The translations under genes were made by a program, and so were the position numbers. 64,000 bases of DNA from an uncultured Oscillospiraceae bacterium (GTDB lineage: Bacteria > Bacillota > Clostridia > Oscillospirales > JAAYXM01), in contig CAKUEM010000001.1 of assembly GCA_934646115.1 (NCBI GenBank), positions 22,889 to 86,888 of the forward strand, written 5' to 3'. A model generated the notes under the pieces. It saw only the letters and a list, made by a program, of their open reading frames with translations, had not been told where the DNA came from and made no database searches. Numbering within the stretch: position 1 is the first letter of the stretch; every line of letters starts with the position of its first letter. Below, piece after piece: positions 5,863 through 15,684 of this stretch.

Positions 5863-6828
5863 ATGTTGTTAACAAAACGCAACCTGCTGGGGCTGAAAAA
5901 TCTCTCGGCAGATGAAATTCGCGAGGTGCTTCACAGCGCGGAAACAATGAAATTTACGCTGACGCAGCAATTAAAACGCGCGCCGCATCTGCTCGGAAAA
6001 AGCGTGGTTGAAATTTTCGCGGGAGAAAGCATTCGCACCAAGCTCTCCTTTGAGCTGGCGGCAAAATATATGAGCGGCACGCTCTCTGCCATCAATGTTC
6101 CGATCCAGTCCAAGCGCGAGCGGATCTTAGATATCGCAACCGCGGTAGACCGTATGGGCGCAGACGCGATCATCCTGCGGCATCCGCTTTCCGGCGTGGC
6201 GGAGCTGGTTGCGCAGCATGTGAACGCCTCGGTCATCAACGCGGGCGATGGTATGAACGAGCATCCCACGCAGGCGCTGGTTGATCTTTTCACGATCTAT
6301 CAAAAACGCGGCACGATCAAGGGTCTGCGCGTTGCGATCGTGGGCGACGTGCTGCACAGCGGCGTGGCGCGCAGCAATATCTGGGGTCTTACATGCCTGG
6401 GCGCGGAGGTGCGCATCGGCGCGCCTGCAACGCTTGTTCCGCCGGGGATGGAGCAGCTTGGCGTTTCCGTTTTCCACACGGTGGAGGAAGCGCTTCTCGA
6501 TGCAGACGTTGTGCTGGTCGTCAGCTTAAATCACGCCTGCGAAGGCACGATGTATCCCGACACGCGCGAATATGCGCGCTATTTCGGCGTGGATGAGGCG
6601 CGGCTCAGCTTTGCGGCGCCGGATGCGCTGATTTTGCATGCGCTGCCCGCTCGCCGCGGTGTGGAGCTGATGAGCAACGTGATCGAATCCAAGCAGTCTA
6701 TGATTTCCGAGCAGGTGACAAACGGCGTTGCGGTCAAGATGGCGGTTCTGTATTTATATGTGCGCCGCCCGAACACGGCATATGAAATAAAATCTCAAAG
6801 AAATGAGGCGAATGGATGCAGATTTTAA
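5863..6828 (+). CDS. pyrB: Aspartate carbamoyltransferase catalytic subunit
   Basis: Motifs SIRTKLSFELA, HPTQAL and LHALPARRG. A ggagg RBS is present. Confidence 0.95.
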   Translation: MLLTKRNLLGLKNLSADEIREVLHSAETMKFTLTQQLKRAPHLLGKSVVEIFAGESIRTKLSFELAAKYMSGTLSAINVPIQSKRERILDIATAVDRMGADAIILRHPLSGVAELVAQHVNASVINAGDGMNEHPTQALVDLFTIYQKRGTIKGLRVAIVGDVLHSGVARSNIWGLTCLGAEVRIGAPATLVPPGMEQLGVSVFHTVEEALLDADVVLVVSLNHACEGTMYPDTREYARYFGVDEARLSFAAPDALILHALPARRGVELMSNVIESKQSMISEQVTNGVAVKMAVLYLYVRRPNTAYEIKSQRNEANGCRF

Positions 6829-8108
6829 TTAAAAACGGACGTGTGATCAGCCCGGGCAATGCGATCGATGCGCAGCTCGACGTGCGCATTGCGGGCGATA
6901 CGATCGCTGCGATGCAGCCCGACCTGTCCCCTGAGGAGGGCGAGCGCGTGATTGATGCCTCCGGCAAGATCGTCGCGCCCGGGCTTGTGGATATTCACTG
7001 CCACCTGCGCGAGCCGGGCTATGAATATAAAGAAGATATCGAAAGCGGCACGCGCAGCGCGGCGCACGGCGGCTTTACCTCTATTGCCTGCATGCCAAAC
7101 ACCAATCCGGTCGCGGATAACGTAACCGTGATCGATTATATCAAGCACCGCGCGCAAACCGTGGGATGTGTCCATGTCTTTCCCATCGGCGCGATCACGC
7201 GCGGTCAGCGCGGCGAAGAAATGGCGCCGATCGGCGAGCTGAAATTTTCCGGCGCGGTCGCAGTCAGCGACGACGGGCGCCCGGTCATGAACGCAAACAT
7301 GATGAAAAACGCCATGATCTATGCGGATATGTTCGATATTCCCGTGATCTCGCATTGCGAGGATCTTAACCTTGCGGCAGACGGTGTAATGCACGAGGGA
7401 TTCATGGCAACGCGCCTTGGTCTCCGCGGGATCACGCCCGCGGCGGAAGAGGCGATGATCGCGCGCGATATCGTGCTCGCCTCGACCACGCATACGCGCA
7501 TCCATATCGCGCACGTCAGCACGCGCGGCTCGGTTGCGCTCGTGCGGGACGCGAAGCGCCGCGGCGTCCGTGTGACCTGCGAGACCTGCCCGCATTATTT
7601 TTCCCTGACCGAAGAAGCATGCGACGGCTATAATACACTGGCAAAAATGAACCCGCCGCTCCGCACCGCAGACGATGTGGAAGCGATCATCGAGGGGCTC
7701 TGCGACGGGACGATCGACGCGATCGCAACCGACCACGCCCCGCATCACGAGGATGAAAAAAATCGCGAGTTTGACCTCGCGCCCAATGGGATCATCGGGT
7801 TTGAAACCGCGCTTCCGCTTGCAATGACACAGCTTTATCGAACCGGGCGCATGTCGCTTTCTGAAATTCTTGCGTGCATGACCTGCAAGCCGTCCTCCAT
7901 TTTGCAGCTCAATAAAGGCGTGCTGCAGCCCGGCGCAATGGCGGATCTTGTTCTGTTCGATCCAGAGCGCGCGTTTGTATTAGAGCGCGAATCGATCCAA
8001 TCCAAGACGAAAAACACGCCGTTTCTCGGCAAAACGCTTTATGGCGCGGCGGACAGCACGATCGTCGCCGGAGCGCTTGTGCTGGAGAACGGCATGATGA
8101 AAAATTAG
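6816..8108 (+). CDS. pyrC: Dihydroorotase
   Basis: Motifs DIHCHLREPG (HxH metal site) and ATDHAPH. Overlaps the pyrB end by 13 nt. Confidence 0.95.
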   Translation: MQILIKNGRVISPGNAIDAQLDVRIAGDTIAAMQPDLSPEEGERVIDASGKIVAPGLVDIHCHLREPGYEYKEDIESGTRSAAHGGFTSIACMPNTNPVADNVTVIDYIKHRAQTVGCVHVFPIGAITRGQRGEEMAPIGELKFSGAVAVSDDGRPVMNANMMKNAMIYADMFDIPVISHCEDLNLAADGVMHEGFMATRLGLRGITPAAEEAMIARDIVLASTTHTRIHIAHVSTRGSVALVRDAKRRGVRVTCETCPHYFSLTEEACDGYNTLAKMNPPLRTADDVEAIIEGLCDGTIDAIATDHAPHHEDEKNREFDLAPNGIIGFETALPLAMTQLYRTGRMSLSEILACMTCKPSSILQLNKGVLQPGAMADLVLFDPERAFVLERESIQSKTKNTPFLGKTLYGAADSTIVAGALVLENGMMKN

Positions 8109-8119
8109 GAGGCGCTGCC

Positions 8120-9034
8120 ATGTCGATGGATCTGTTGATTGAAAAAATTATTGAAAAGAAAAACCCGACCGTGGTCGGGCTGGACCCGAATTTAGACCAG
8201 ATGCCCCCCGCGCTGATCGAAAAGCATGTTGCGCAGCATGGCGCAACGCTGACCGCCGCGGCGGAAGCGATTTATGAATTTAATACCGGACTGATCGATG
8301 CGGTATGCGAGCTCGTGCCCGCGGTCAAGCCGCAATCGGCATATTATGAGATGTACGGCCCTGCCGGCGTTGCGGCGCTCGCGCGCACGATGGAATATGC
8401 CCGCGCAAAAGGGCTTTATGTGATCGCAGACTGCAAGCGCAACGATATCGGCTCGACCGCCGCCGCTTACGCGCGCGCCTATTTGGGCGAGGTCACGATC
8501 GGCGGCGCAGCACACGCGCCCTTCGCGGCGGACAGCATCACGGTCAACGGTTATCTGGGCTCTGACGGGCTGCGCCCATTCGTGGATGCGTGCCGCAGCG
8601 CGAAAAAAAGCATGTTCGTGCTGGTAAAAACCTCAAACCCCTCGTCCTGCGAATTGCAGGATCTGGTGGTCAATGGGAAAACGATTTGCCGCACCATGGC
8701 GGAATCCGCCGCCGCGCTGGGGCAAGACACTGTTGGACAGCACGGCTATTCCGCCGTCGGCTTCGTGGTCGGCGCAACGCACCCGCAAGAGCTTTGCGAG
8801 CTGCGCGCGGCGTTTCCGCAGAGCTTTTTCCTCGTGCCCGGATATGGCGCGCAGGGCGCGACCGCGCGCGATATTCGCGGCGCGTTTGACGCAAACGGGC
8901 TTGGCGCGATCATCAATTCCTCGCGTGGGATCATCTATGCCTGGAAGAGCGCCGGCGATCCAACCGGGGCAAATTTCCGCGAAGCGGCGCATGACGCGGC
9001 GCAGCGCATGAAGCAGGATCTTGCGATTTTTTAA
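8120..9034 (+). CDS. pyrF: Orotidine-5'-phosphate decarboxylase, type 2 (long form)
   Basis: Motif DCKRNDIGSTA. The 304-aa length is typical of type 2 PyrF. A ggagg RBS is present. Confidence 0.9.
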   Translation: MSMDLLIEKIIEKKNPTVVGLDPNLDQMPPALIEKHVAQHGATLTAAAEAIYEFNTGLIDAVCELVPAVKPQSAYYEMYGPAGVAALARTMEYARAKGLYVIADCKRNDIGSTAAAYARAYLGEVTIGGAAHAPFAADSITVNGYLGSDGLRPFVDACRSAKKSMFVLVKTSNPSSCELQDLVVNGKTICRTMAESAAALGQDTVGQHGYSAVGFVVGATHPQELCELRAAFPQSFFLVPGYGAQGATARDIRGAFDANGLGAIINSSRGIIYAWKSAGDPTGANFREAAHDAAQRMKQDLAIF

Positions 9035-9098
9035 TTTGACTGCATAAAAAAGCGCCGCGCAGAGTCTGCGCGGCGTAGGAATGTAAGGGGTATGGATC

Positions 9099-10361
9099 AT
9101 GATACGGCAATGGAAAAAAGCGTGGGCTTCGCCCGGGCGTGACGCGCTGATTTTTTTAAAATGGCTTGCGATCGCGGCGCTGCTCGGTCTTGTGATCGGC
9201 GCGGTAGGCAGCGCGTTTTCCCTTCTGCTCGGCTGGGTCACGGAATTTCGCATGGCGCACCTCTGGCTGCTGTGGCTGCTGCCGCTCGGCGGACTTCTCA
9301 TCGTCTTTTTATATCGCGCAAGCGGCGTGGAGAAAAGTCAGGGTACCAATCTGGTCCTGCTCGCCGTGCGCACGGAGGAGAATGTCCCGCTTCGTATGGC
9401 GCCTCTAATTTTTATCAGCACGGCAATCACGCATCTGCTCGGCGGTTCTGCCGGTCGCGAGGGCGCGGCGCTCCAGCTGGGCGGCAGTCTGGCGCAGCAG
9501 CTTGGGCGCTGGCTGCATCTTGACCAAAAAGATATGCATGTCATCACGCTGTGCGGCATGAGCGCATGCTTTTCCGCCGTGTTCGGAACCCCGGTCGCCG
9601 CGGCGATCTTCCCGCTCGAGGTGGTCAGCGTCGGCGTGATGTATTATGCCGCGCTCGTCCCGTGCGCCACCGCGTCGCTAATCGCGATCCTCGTGTCGCG
9701 CCTGTTCTCCGTAAGCGCTGCAAGCCTTGCCATACAAGAGATCCCGGCGCTGCAGCCGCTGCCCCTTCTGCAAACGCTTTTACTCGGCATTTTGTGCGCG
9801 GGGGTCAGCTTTTTATTCTGCAAGGCATTGGGGCTTTCCGGGCAGCTTGCCGCCCGGCATGTTCCGAATCCTTATCTTCGCATCGCGATCGGCGGCGTGC
9901 TCGTGATCGTGCTGACGCTGCTTTGCGGCACGCAGGATTATTTAGGTGCCGGCATGCCCACGATCCAAGCCGCCATGCAGGGTCAGGCGCGGCCGGAGGC
10001 GTTTCTTTTGAAAATTATATTCACGGCGATCACGCTTGCCGCGGCGTATAAGGGCGGCGAAATCGTGCCTACTTTCTTCATTGGCGCAACATTTGGCGCG
10101 GCATTCGCCCCGTTTTTGGGTCTCGATGCGTCATTCGGCGCGGGGCTTTCGATGGTCGCGGTATTTTGCGGTGTGACCAATTGCCCGATCAGCTCTCTGC
10201 TCATCGGCTGCGAGCTGTTCGGCATGCAGGCTGCGCCATATCTGCTCATCGTTTGCGCGGCGAGCTATATGCTCTCCGGCTATACCGGGCTGTACAGTCA
10301 GCAGAAAATTCTATATTCTAAATTCCGCCCGGAATTCATCAATGAGCGGACAAAACATTGA
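9099..10361 (+). CDS. Voltage-gated chloride channel family (ClC) protein
   Basis: Motifs GSAGREGAALQLG and GEIVPTFFIGATFG. The protein is polytopic. Confidence 0.9.
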   Translation: MIRQWKKAWASPGRDALIFLKWLAIAALLGLVIGAVGSAFSLLLGWVTEFRMAHLWLLWLLPLGGLLIVFLYRASGVEKSQGTNLVLLAVRTEENVPLRMAPLIFISTAITHLLGGSAGREGAALQLGGSLAQQLGRWLHLDQKDMHVITLCGMSACFSAVFGTPVAAAIFPLEVVSVGVMYYAALVPCATASLIAILVSRLFSVSAASLAIQEIPALQPLPLLQTLLLGILCAGVSFLFCKALGLSGQLAARHVPNPYLRIAIGGVLVIVLTLLCGTQDYLGAGMPTIQAAMQGQARPEAFLLKIIFTAITLAAAYKGGEIVPTFFIGATFGAAFAPFLGLDASFGAGLSMVAVFCGVTNCPISSLLIGCELFGMQAAPYLLIVCAASYMLSGYTGLYSQQKILYSKFRPEFINERTKH

Positions 10362-11679
10362 TGCTCCGCCATTTCCCGCGCAGGTAAAACAGAATGGACA
10401 GCAGCGTTCCCGTGCTCCATCCGATCGGCCAGGAGAGCCAGATGCCGATCTCGCCCCAGAAGCTTGCAAACAGGTAGGAGAACGCCACGCGCAAGATCAA
10501 ATCAGCAAACGTGGTGATCATAAATTCGCGCATACTTCCTGCGCCCCGCAGCACCGCATCACATGTGAGCTTAATCATAATGACCGGATAAAACGGCGCG
10601 GTAATGTGCAGAAACCGCACGCCGGCGGCGATCGCCTGCTCCCCGTCAGACAAAAACAGGCGCATCGACTGCGCGGCAAATACGCAATAAGCGAGAATAA
10701 ACGGCACGGCAACGCCCAGGGACATCCAGGTTCCGGCGCGAAAGCCGTGCTTTACTCGTTCTACCTTGCCCGCGCCCAGATTCTGCGCAGCGAAGGTAGA
10801 AACGCCGCTCGCAAACGTGGAAAACGCGGTCAGCGCAAACGTATTGAGCTTGATCGCAGCCGAATATCCCGCGATCACGCTCGAGCCCTGCGCATTGACC
10901 AAGCGCTGGATGAAAAGGTTCCCCACCGAAACAAAGCTTGCCTGTAAAATACTCGGAACCGCAACGCTTGCGATCCGCCCGAGCATGAACCAGGAAAACG
11001 CCGCGGGGCGCTCTTCACACTGAAACGCCTTCATGCGGCGCAGCAGCGTGAAAAACGCAAGCACCGCCGCAACTCCCTGGCAAAGAAACGTTGCCCATGC
11101 AACACCCGCGATATCCATCCGGAATCCCGCAACAAACAGAATGTCCATCGCGATATTGCCAAGCGAGGACGCAATCAGAAAATAGAGCGGCGTGCGGCTG
11201 TCGCCGAGCGCGGTGAACACGCCGGTGCAGATATTATAGAAGAACAAAAACGCCAGCCCGCCAATATAAATCTGTAAATACAGCTCCGCTCCTTCGAAAA
11301 TATTCTCCGGCGTGCCCAGAAGCTTTAACAGCGGCGAAGCGGTTAAAAATCCGACCACCGTGAACAGCGCGCTGACAGCAAGCATCGACCACAGCGCGGT
11401 CAGCACCGCGGTTTTCATGCGCGGAATATCCTTCGCGCCAAACAGCTGACTGATGATGACCGAGCAGCCGACATTGGAGCCGGAAGCGACCGCCATAAAA
11501 ATCATCGTGATCGGATACGATGCGCCAACCGCGGCAAGCGCGCCCTCGCCGATGAATTGCCCGGCGACCACGCTATCCGCAATATTATACAGCTGCTGAA
11601 AAATAATACTGATTAAAAGCGGCAGCGAAAAACGCCATAAAATATGCGATGCGCGCCCTTCTGTCATATCAGTTGTCAT
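10339..11679 (-). CDS. MATE family efflux transporter
   Basis: 12-TM architecture. The N-terminus ILWRFSLPLLISIIFQQLYNIADSVVAGQFIG is typical of MATE. A gggagga RBS is present. The 3' end overlaps the ClC gene by 23 nt (convergent). Confidence 0.9.
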   Translation of the reverse strand: MTTDMTEGRASHILWRFSLPLLISIIFQQLYNIADSVVAGQFIGEGALAAVGASYPITMIFMAVASGSNVGCSVIISQLFGAKDIPRMKTAVLTALWSMLAVSALFTVVGFLTASPLLKLLGTPENIFEGAELYLQIYIGGLAFLFFYNICTGVFTALGDSRTPLYFLIASSLGNIAMDILFVAGFRMDIAGVAWATFLCQGVAAVLAFFTLLRRMKAFQCEERPAAFSWFMLGRIASVAVPSILQASFVSVGNLFIQRLVNAQGSSVIAGYSAAIKLNTFALTAFSTFASGVSTFAAQNLGAGKVERVKHGFRAGTWMSLGVAVPFILAYCVFAAQSMRLFLSDGEQAIAAGVRFLHITAPFYPVIMIKLTCDAVLRGAGSMREFMITTFADLILRVAFSYLFASFWGEIGIWLSWPIGWSTGTLLSILFYLRGKWRSINVLSAH

Positions 11680-11698
11680 GCTTTTCCTCCCATGCTGT

Positions 11699-11742
11699 AC
11701 ACTTCAAAAAGCCTCCGTCCGGAGGCTTTTGAAGTGTTTTTT
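11699..11742. terminator. Long hairpin between the YhgE/Pip stop and the MATE start
   Basis: acacttcaaaaagcctcc-gtcc-ggaggcttttgaagtgt is followed by tttttaat on the plus strand. The T-run orientation is plus, although both neighbouring genes are on the minus strand. Confidence 0.5.
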
Positions 11743-11744
11743 AA

Positions 11745-14519
11745 TTAGTGCCCGATCACGCCGGAATCAGAAAGTTTTTTGAGGAACCGGCCGATCGATT
11801 TACTGGCAAACCGCTTAAGCACCAGCCCCAGCGCAAGAAACAGCGCAAAATAAACGATGAGCACCAGGATATCCACAAGCAGATTTTCCATCACGATCCC
11901 GGCAACCGCCTCGCGCATGCCGTTGATGGCGTAGGTAAACGGCAGGAATTTATTGATCTGCTGGAAGAACTGCGGCGTGACCTGAATGGGGAAGGTTCCG
12001 CCCGCGCCCGCGATCTGCAGCACGAGGAACACCACGCCGATCGCCTTGCCCACATTGTCAAGCAGCGCCACCAGCGTGTAAACAATGCCGGTAAACACCA
12101 GGCTGTAAAACATCGACAGGCAGACAAACAACACCGGATGCAGGATCTCCACTTTAAGTACAAATACATCGCCCAGTGCCGCGATCAGTCCCTGTATCAG
12201 CGCCATTGAGCCAAACAGGAAGAATTTGCCCATAAATTCCTCATTGGGCGTATACGGGAAATCCGCGTTGACCGCATGCGTCGTAAACAGCGCGCACATC
12301 AAAAGCGTGCCGACCCAGAGGCAAAGCGTTGTGTAAAACGGCGTCAGCCCCGCGCCATAATTTTTTACCGGGAAGAGCTTGGTTGTGTTCAGCTCAACCG
12401 GTGAGCTGAAGAAATCGCTGGTCGATTCGCTGTCATACTGCATGATGCTGGTCAGATCCTTGAGATCCATAATGTCGCCCAGCGCCTTGATTTTCGCCGC
12501 AATTTCGCCCATATCGTCCAGATACGGCGCAAATTTGCCCTTAAATTTCTCCACATCCTCGCTGAGGATCGTTTTTCCGCTATTTAACTTGCCCAAAAAT
12601 TCCTGCACGGCGTCCGCGCCCGTGATCGACATGGAGAATAGATGCTGCAGATCAGACCCGGCGGTTTTCGCGTTATTTAAAAACGTTTGAATTTTCAGAT
12701 CGAGCGAGCTGTCCAGCGCATTGGCAAGCGTCGACGTCATCGTGCGCGCCGCGCCGCAAAGCGACCGCGCCGCCGAGACCGATTCCTCCAGCGCGTCAGA
12801 ATCGTTGATATTCCGCTCCGCCTCAGATACGCGCGCGCTCAGATCCTTTAAATTTTGCGACACGCGCCCCAGATCACCCGAAAAGTCGAGGATCGTATTG
12901 TCCTCGCTCTGCCGCAGGATCGCATTGATGTCCCGCAGGGTGGAATTTAACTCCTCGATCTGCGTTTGCAGGCTGTGCGTCAGCCGCTCGGTCGACTGGT
13001 CGAGCGAGGAGAGGAACAGCCGCAGCGACTGCGCCGTGCTGCGGATATTCGCGGCATGGTCAACAATGCGCGAAAGCTTTTCGGAAATGCGGCTGTGCGT
13101 CGTTTCCAGCTTGTTGATAAGATCTCCGATCTGCGTGCTCAGCTTCAGATCGACCAGCGTGGCGTCTTCCCCGCGGTTTACGCGCGCGACCGCGTCGTTT
13201 ACCGTGCGCTCCAGCTGCTGATACAGCGCCGAATTTTGATCCAGCTTCGCGGCGACCTCATCCAGCTGAATTTCAGCGATCGACGCGCGATTCTGCAACT
13301 TTTCAAGCGCGGCAATGATCTCGGCAAACGCCTTATCCACCGCATCGGACAGCTCATTTGCCTGATTTTCGATTTTCTTTGCGCTGTCTTCTAAAAACTT
13401 GATCTGATTGGTCAGCCCGGTCACCACGTCGGACGCGCCGGACAGCGAATCTAAAAAGTTATCCAAAGAATCCAGCGTTTTGCGCAGCGCATCGATCTTG
13501 CGCAGCAGATCTTCGCGTTGAACAACTTGAAAAATGCCCAAATCGTTCTCCAGCGAGGAAAGCCGCGTACTCACCGTTTGAATGTCTGCCGAAAGCGTGG
13601 CAAGACTTGTGGTGATGTCCGGCTTTTTGTCATTTACCGTTGTGCCAAGCCGGTCGAGCGAGTTTTCCAGCGTGCCGAGCGCCGTGCTGATCGTTTGCAA
13701 ATTCGCGCGCAGCTCCGCCGTCGTGTGATTGGCGCGATCGATCAGCTCATCGGTATCGCTTTTCACATCGTCCGTCATCGTGATCGCATTGCCCAGCACG
13801 CGTTTTAAGAATTCCACATCATCCTGACACTGGTCAAGATCGATCTTCCCATCCTGTGCGTGCGAAAGCAGGTTGTCAAGCCGCGTATTCACGTTCGGCA
13901 GATCGCCGTCCACCAGGCTGAGCAGGCTTTCAAACTGCTTGATCTCATCATAATGCTGATCCAGGTCATACCCCAGCGGATTTAATACCTCCATGACCTT
14001 CTCAACCACCGCCTGAATAAACGATTCCGTGATCTGCTTTTGCAGCGTGGATGCGCCGCTGTCGGTCATTTTCGGCGCGATCGCATTGAGCTTTTCATTT
14101 ACATAATAGTCCAGCTGCGGCTTCACATGCGTTTCGTCCAGCAGCGTCGCCATTTTAGCGGAAAAATCCTTCGGGATGATGATCGTTGCATATACATTAC
14201 CCACGCGGCATTCTTCCACGCCCTCATCCGCCGTGTCGAAAAATGTCCAGCCGAGCTTTTTGTTGTCTTTCAGCTGATCCACCAGAGATTCGCCGATATT
14301 GATGCTGATATTTTGAATTTTCGCGCCCTCATCGTTGTTCACGATACCCACTTTGACCCCGCCGGTCGAACCATAGGGATCCCACGACGCAAGAATATTC
14401 ACCCACGCATACAGCGAGGGCAGAAGCGCAATACCAACGGCAATCACCAGCGCCACCCAGTTGCGCGAAAGCTTATGTAAATCTGAGCGAAAAATGCGAA
14501 AACTGTTCTTAAAAAACAT
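11745..14519 (-). CDS. YhgE/Pip domain-containing membrane protein (phage infection protein family)
   Basis: An N-terminal TM segment, a roughly 550-aa coiled/repetitive extracellular region, and a C-terminal ABC-2-like polytopic domain. The ATG at 14519 has a gtgagg RBS. The ORF-track GTG start at 14531 is 4 codons longer. Confidence 0.9.
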   Translation of the reverse strand: MFFKNSFRIFRSDLHKLSRNWVALVIAVGIALLPSLYAWVNILASWDPYGSTGGVKVGIVNNDEGAKIQNISINIGESLVDQLKDNKKLGWTFFDTADEGVEECRVGNVYATIIIPKDFSAKMATLLDETHVKPQLDYYVNEKLNAIAPKMTDSGASTLQKQITESFIQAVVEKVMEVLNPLGYDLDQHYDEIKQFESLLSLVDGDLPNVNTRLDNLLSHAQDGKIDLDQCQDDVEFLKRVLGNAITMTDDVKSDTDELIDRANHTTAELRANLQTISTALGTLENSLDRLGTTVNDKKPDITTSLATLSADIQTVSTRLSSLENDLGIFQVVQREDLLRKIDALRKTLDSLDNFLDSLSGASDVVTGLTNQIKFLEDSAKKIENQANELSDAVDKAFAEIIAALEKLQNRASIAEIQLDEVAAKLDQNSALYQQLERTVNDAVARVNRGEDATLVDLKLSTQIGDLINKLETTHSRISEKLSRIVDHAANIRSTAQSLRLFLSSLDQSTERLTHSLQTQIEELNSTLRDINAILRQSEDNTILDFSGDLGRVSQNLKDLSARVSEAERNINDSDALEESVSAARSLCGAARTMTSTLANALDSSLDLKIQTFLNNAKTAGSDLQHLFSMSITGADAVQEFLGKLNSGKTILSEDVEKFKGKFAPYLDDMGEIAAKIKALGDIMDLKDLTSIMQYDSESTSDFFSSPVELNTTKLFPVKNYGAGLTPFYTTLCLWVGTLLMCALFTTHAVNADFPYTPNEEFMGKFFLFGSMALIQGLIAALGDVFVLKVEILHPVLFVCLSMFYSLVFTGIVYTLVALLDNVGKAIGVVFLVLQIAGAGGTFPIQVTPQFFQQINKFLPFTYAINGMREAVAGIVMENLLVDILVLIVYFALFLALGLVLKRFASKSIGRFLKKLSDSGVIGH

Positions 14520-14649
14520 AAAAGACCTCACTTTGACTTCTAAATGCCACGCAAAATATCAAAATTTATCGTTATTTTGCTATCTAAAGCAACACCATTT
14601 TTGTAGCCATTATAATATAGTTTTTCCGGTTTGTAAATCGGCGTTTTCG

Positions 14650-15249
14650 CTAAATCAGCGCGTAATAAAAGCGCCGGATCATGACCGCGCATTCCGCGCG
14701 CGTAGCATATCCCTGCGCGTCAATCCGCGCGCCGGGCTTTCCGTTTAATATACCCTGACTGACCGCCCATGCCACGCCCTCGCGCGCCCAGTCCGGGATC
14801 TCCGCCGCGTCGGAATAAGAATCCACCGCCGCGTCTTTTTCCTCCATCTGATACCCGGAAATCAGGAAATACCGATGCAGCAGCGTGGCAAGCTCCGCGC
14901 GCGTAACAAACGCATCCGGCTCAAAGCCGCCACCCCTGCCGTCCGCAACTCCACGCTCTCTTGCCCACGCGACCGCCGGCGCGTACCACGCCTGCTCCGG
15001 CACGTCTGAAAATCCGCTTGCCCCAGCGGGTTGCGGCTTCCCGCTCATGCGCCACAGCACGGTGACCAGCATCGCGCGCGTCATCGCTTCGTCCGGCAAA
15101 AAGCGCCCTTCACCCACGCCGCCAAACAGCTCGCGCGCGGTGACAAACGCGATGCCGTCCTGCGCCCAATGCCCGTCCGTATCGCTTGCCCATGCAAAAT
15201 TCATGCATAATATCGCCGCTAAACACAAAGAAATCATCCGTTTTTTCAT
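14650..15249 (-). CDS. S-layer homology (SLH) domain protein
   Basis: Signal peptide MKKRMISLCLAAILCMNFAWA followed by three SLH-like repeats (e.g. FVTRAELATLLHRYF, ATRAECAVMIRRF). The ATG at 15249 lies 8 nt after ggaaagga. Confidence 0.8.
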   Translation of the reverse strand: MKKRMISLCLAAILCMNFAWASDTDGHWAQDGIAFVTARELFGGVGEGRFLPDEAMTRAMLVTVLWRMSGKPQPAGASGFSDVPEQAWYAPAVAWARERGVADGRGGGFEPDAFVTRAELATLLHRYFLISGYQMEEKDAAVDSYSDAAEIPDWAREGVAWAVSQGILNGKPGARIDAQGYATRAECAVMIRRFYYALI

Positions 15250-15359
15250 GTTTTTCATCCTTTCCGGCGCGCATTTCCATGGCACAGCGAAGGCGCCCCT
15301 GCGCGCAAGCGCCACAGCATTTACTCCTAGTATAGCACAAATTGCGCGCGATTTCCAGC

Positions 15360-15388
15360 TTGACAAGCGCCGTCATCTGTGGTACACT
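15360..15388 (+). promoter_or_regulatory. Sigma-A promoter of the thi operon
   Basis: TTGACA (15360-15365), a 17-nt spacer, then TACACT (15383-15388) preceded by TGG. Confidence 0.5.
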
Positions 15389-15413
15389 ACAGAAAATTCC
15401 ATATTTCGTTCGC

Positions 15414-15467
15414 AACACAAAATGGGGTGCACCACCACGGGTGCAGGTTCTGTTTTGTGTTTTTTTA
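15414..15467 (+). promoter_or_regulatory. Promoter-proximal intrinsic terminator in the thiS leader; candidate terminator-embedded HMP-PP (thiS-motif) riboswitch
   Basis: Outer stem aacacaaaa/ttttgtgtt. Inner stem tgcacc/ggtgca with internal loops. A 7-T run follows. The thiS RBS aaaaaggagg lies about 8 nt further downstream. No TPP aptamer elements (CUGAGA, ACCUGAUCUGGAUAAUGCCAGCG) occur anywhere in 15250-15488. Confidence 0.45.
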
Positions 15468-15488
15468 TTGTCAAAAAGGAGGAATTTT

Positions 15489-15683
15489 ATGAAAATAAAC
15501 GGCAAACCTGTCTCTTATATCGAATCGGAGACGCTGCGCGACTGTTTGGAGCGCCTTGGCTTTGACCCCGCGCGCGTCGCGGTGGAGCGCAACGGCACAA
15601 TCGTGCCGAAAAATGAGTTCCCCGCGCTGCACCTCGCGGAGGAGGACGTGCTGGAAGTCGTTTCGTTTGTGGGAGGCGGCTGA
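15489..15683 (+). CDS. thiS: Sulfur carrier protein ThiS
   Basis: 64 aa ending in VGGG, with a ggagg RBS. First gene of the thi cluster. Confidence 0.9.
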   Translation: MKINGKPVSYIESETLRDCLERLGFDPARVAVERNGTIVPKNEFPALHLAEEDVLEVVSFVGGG

Positions 15684-15684
15684 T

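Noticed and set aside
9035-9098. A fluoride (crcB-motif) riboswitch in front of the ClC gene.
   Set aside because: The intergenic region is only 64 nt and is largely taken up by one GC hairpin. No crcB-motif consensus is present.
11745-14519. YhgE/Pip as part of a phage-defence or novel system.
   Set aside because: It is a widespread single-gene membrane protein family, with no adjacent accessory genes. The neighbours are an ordinary MATE exporter and an SLH protein.
15250-15488. A TPP (THI-box) riboswitch, expected upstream of the thi operon.
   Set aside because: - I searched both the leader and the divergent intergenic region for CUGAGA, ACCCUUUGAACCUGAUCUGGAUAAUGCCAGCG-like elements and found none.
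- The leader is only about 100 nt.
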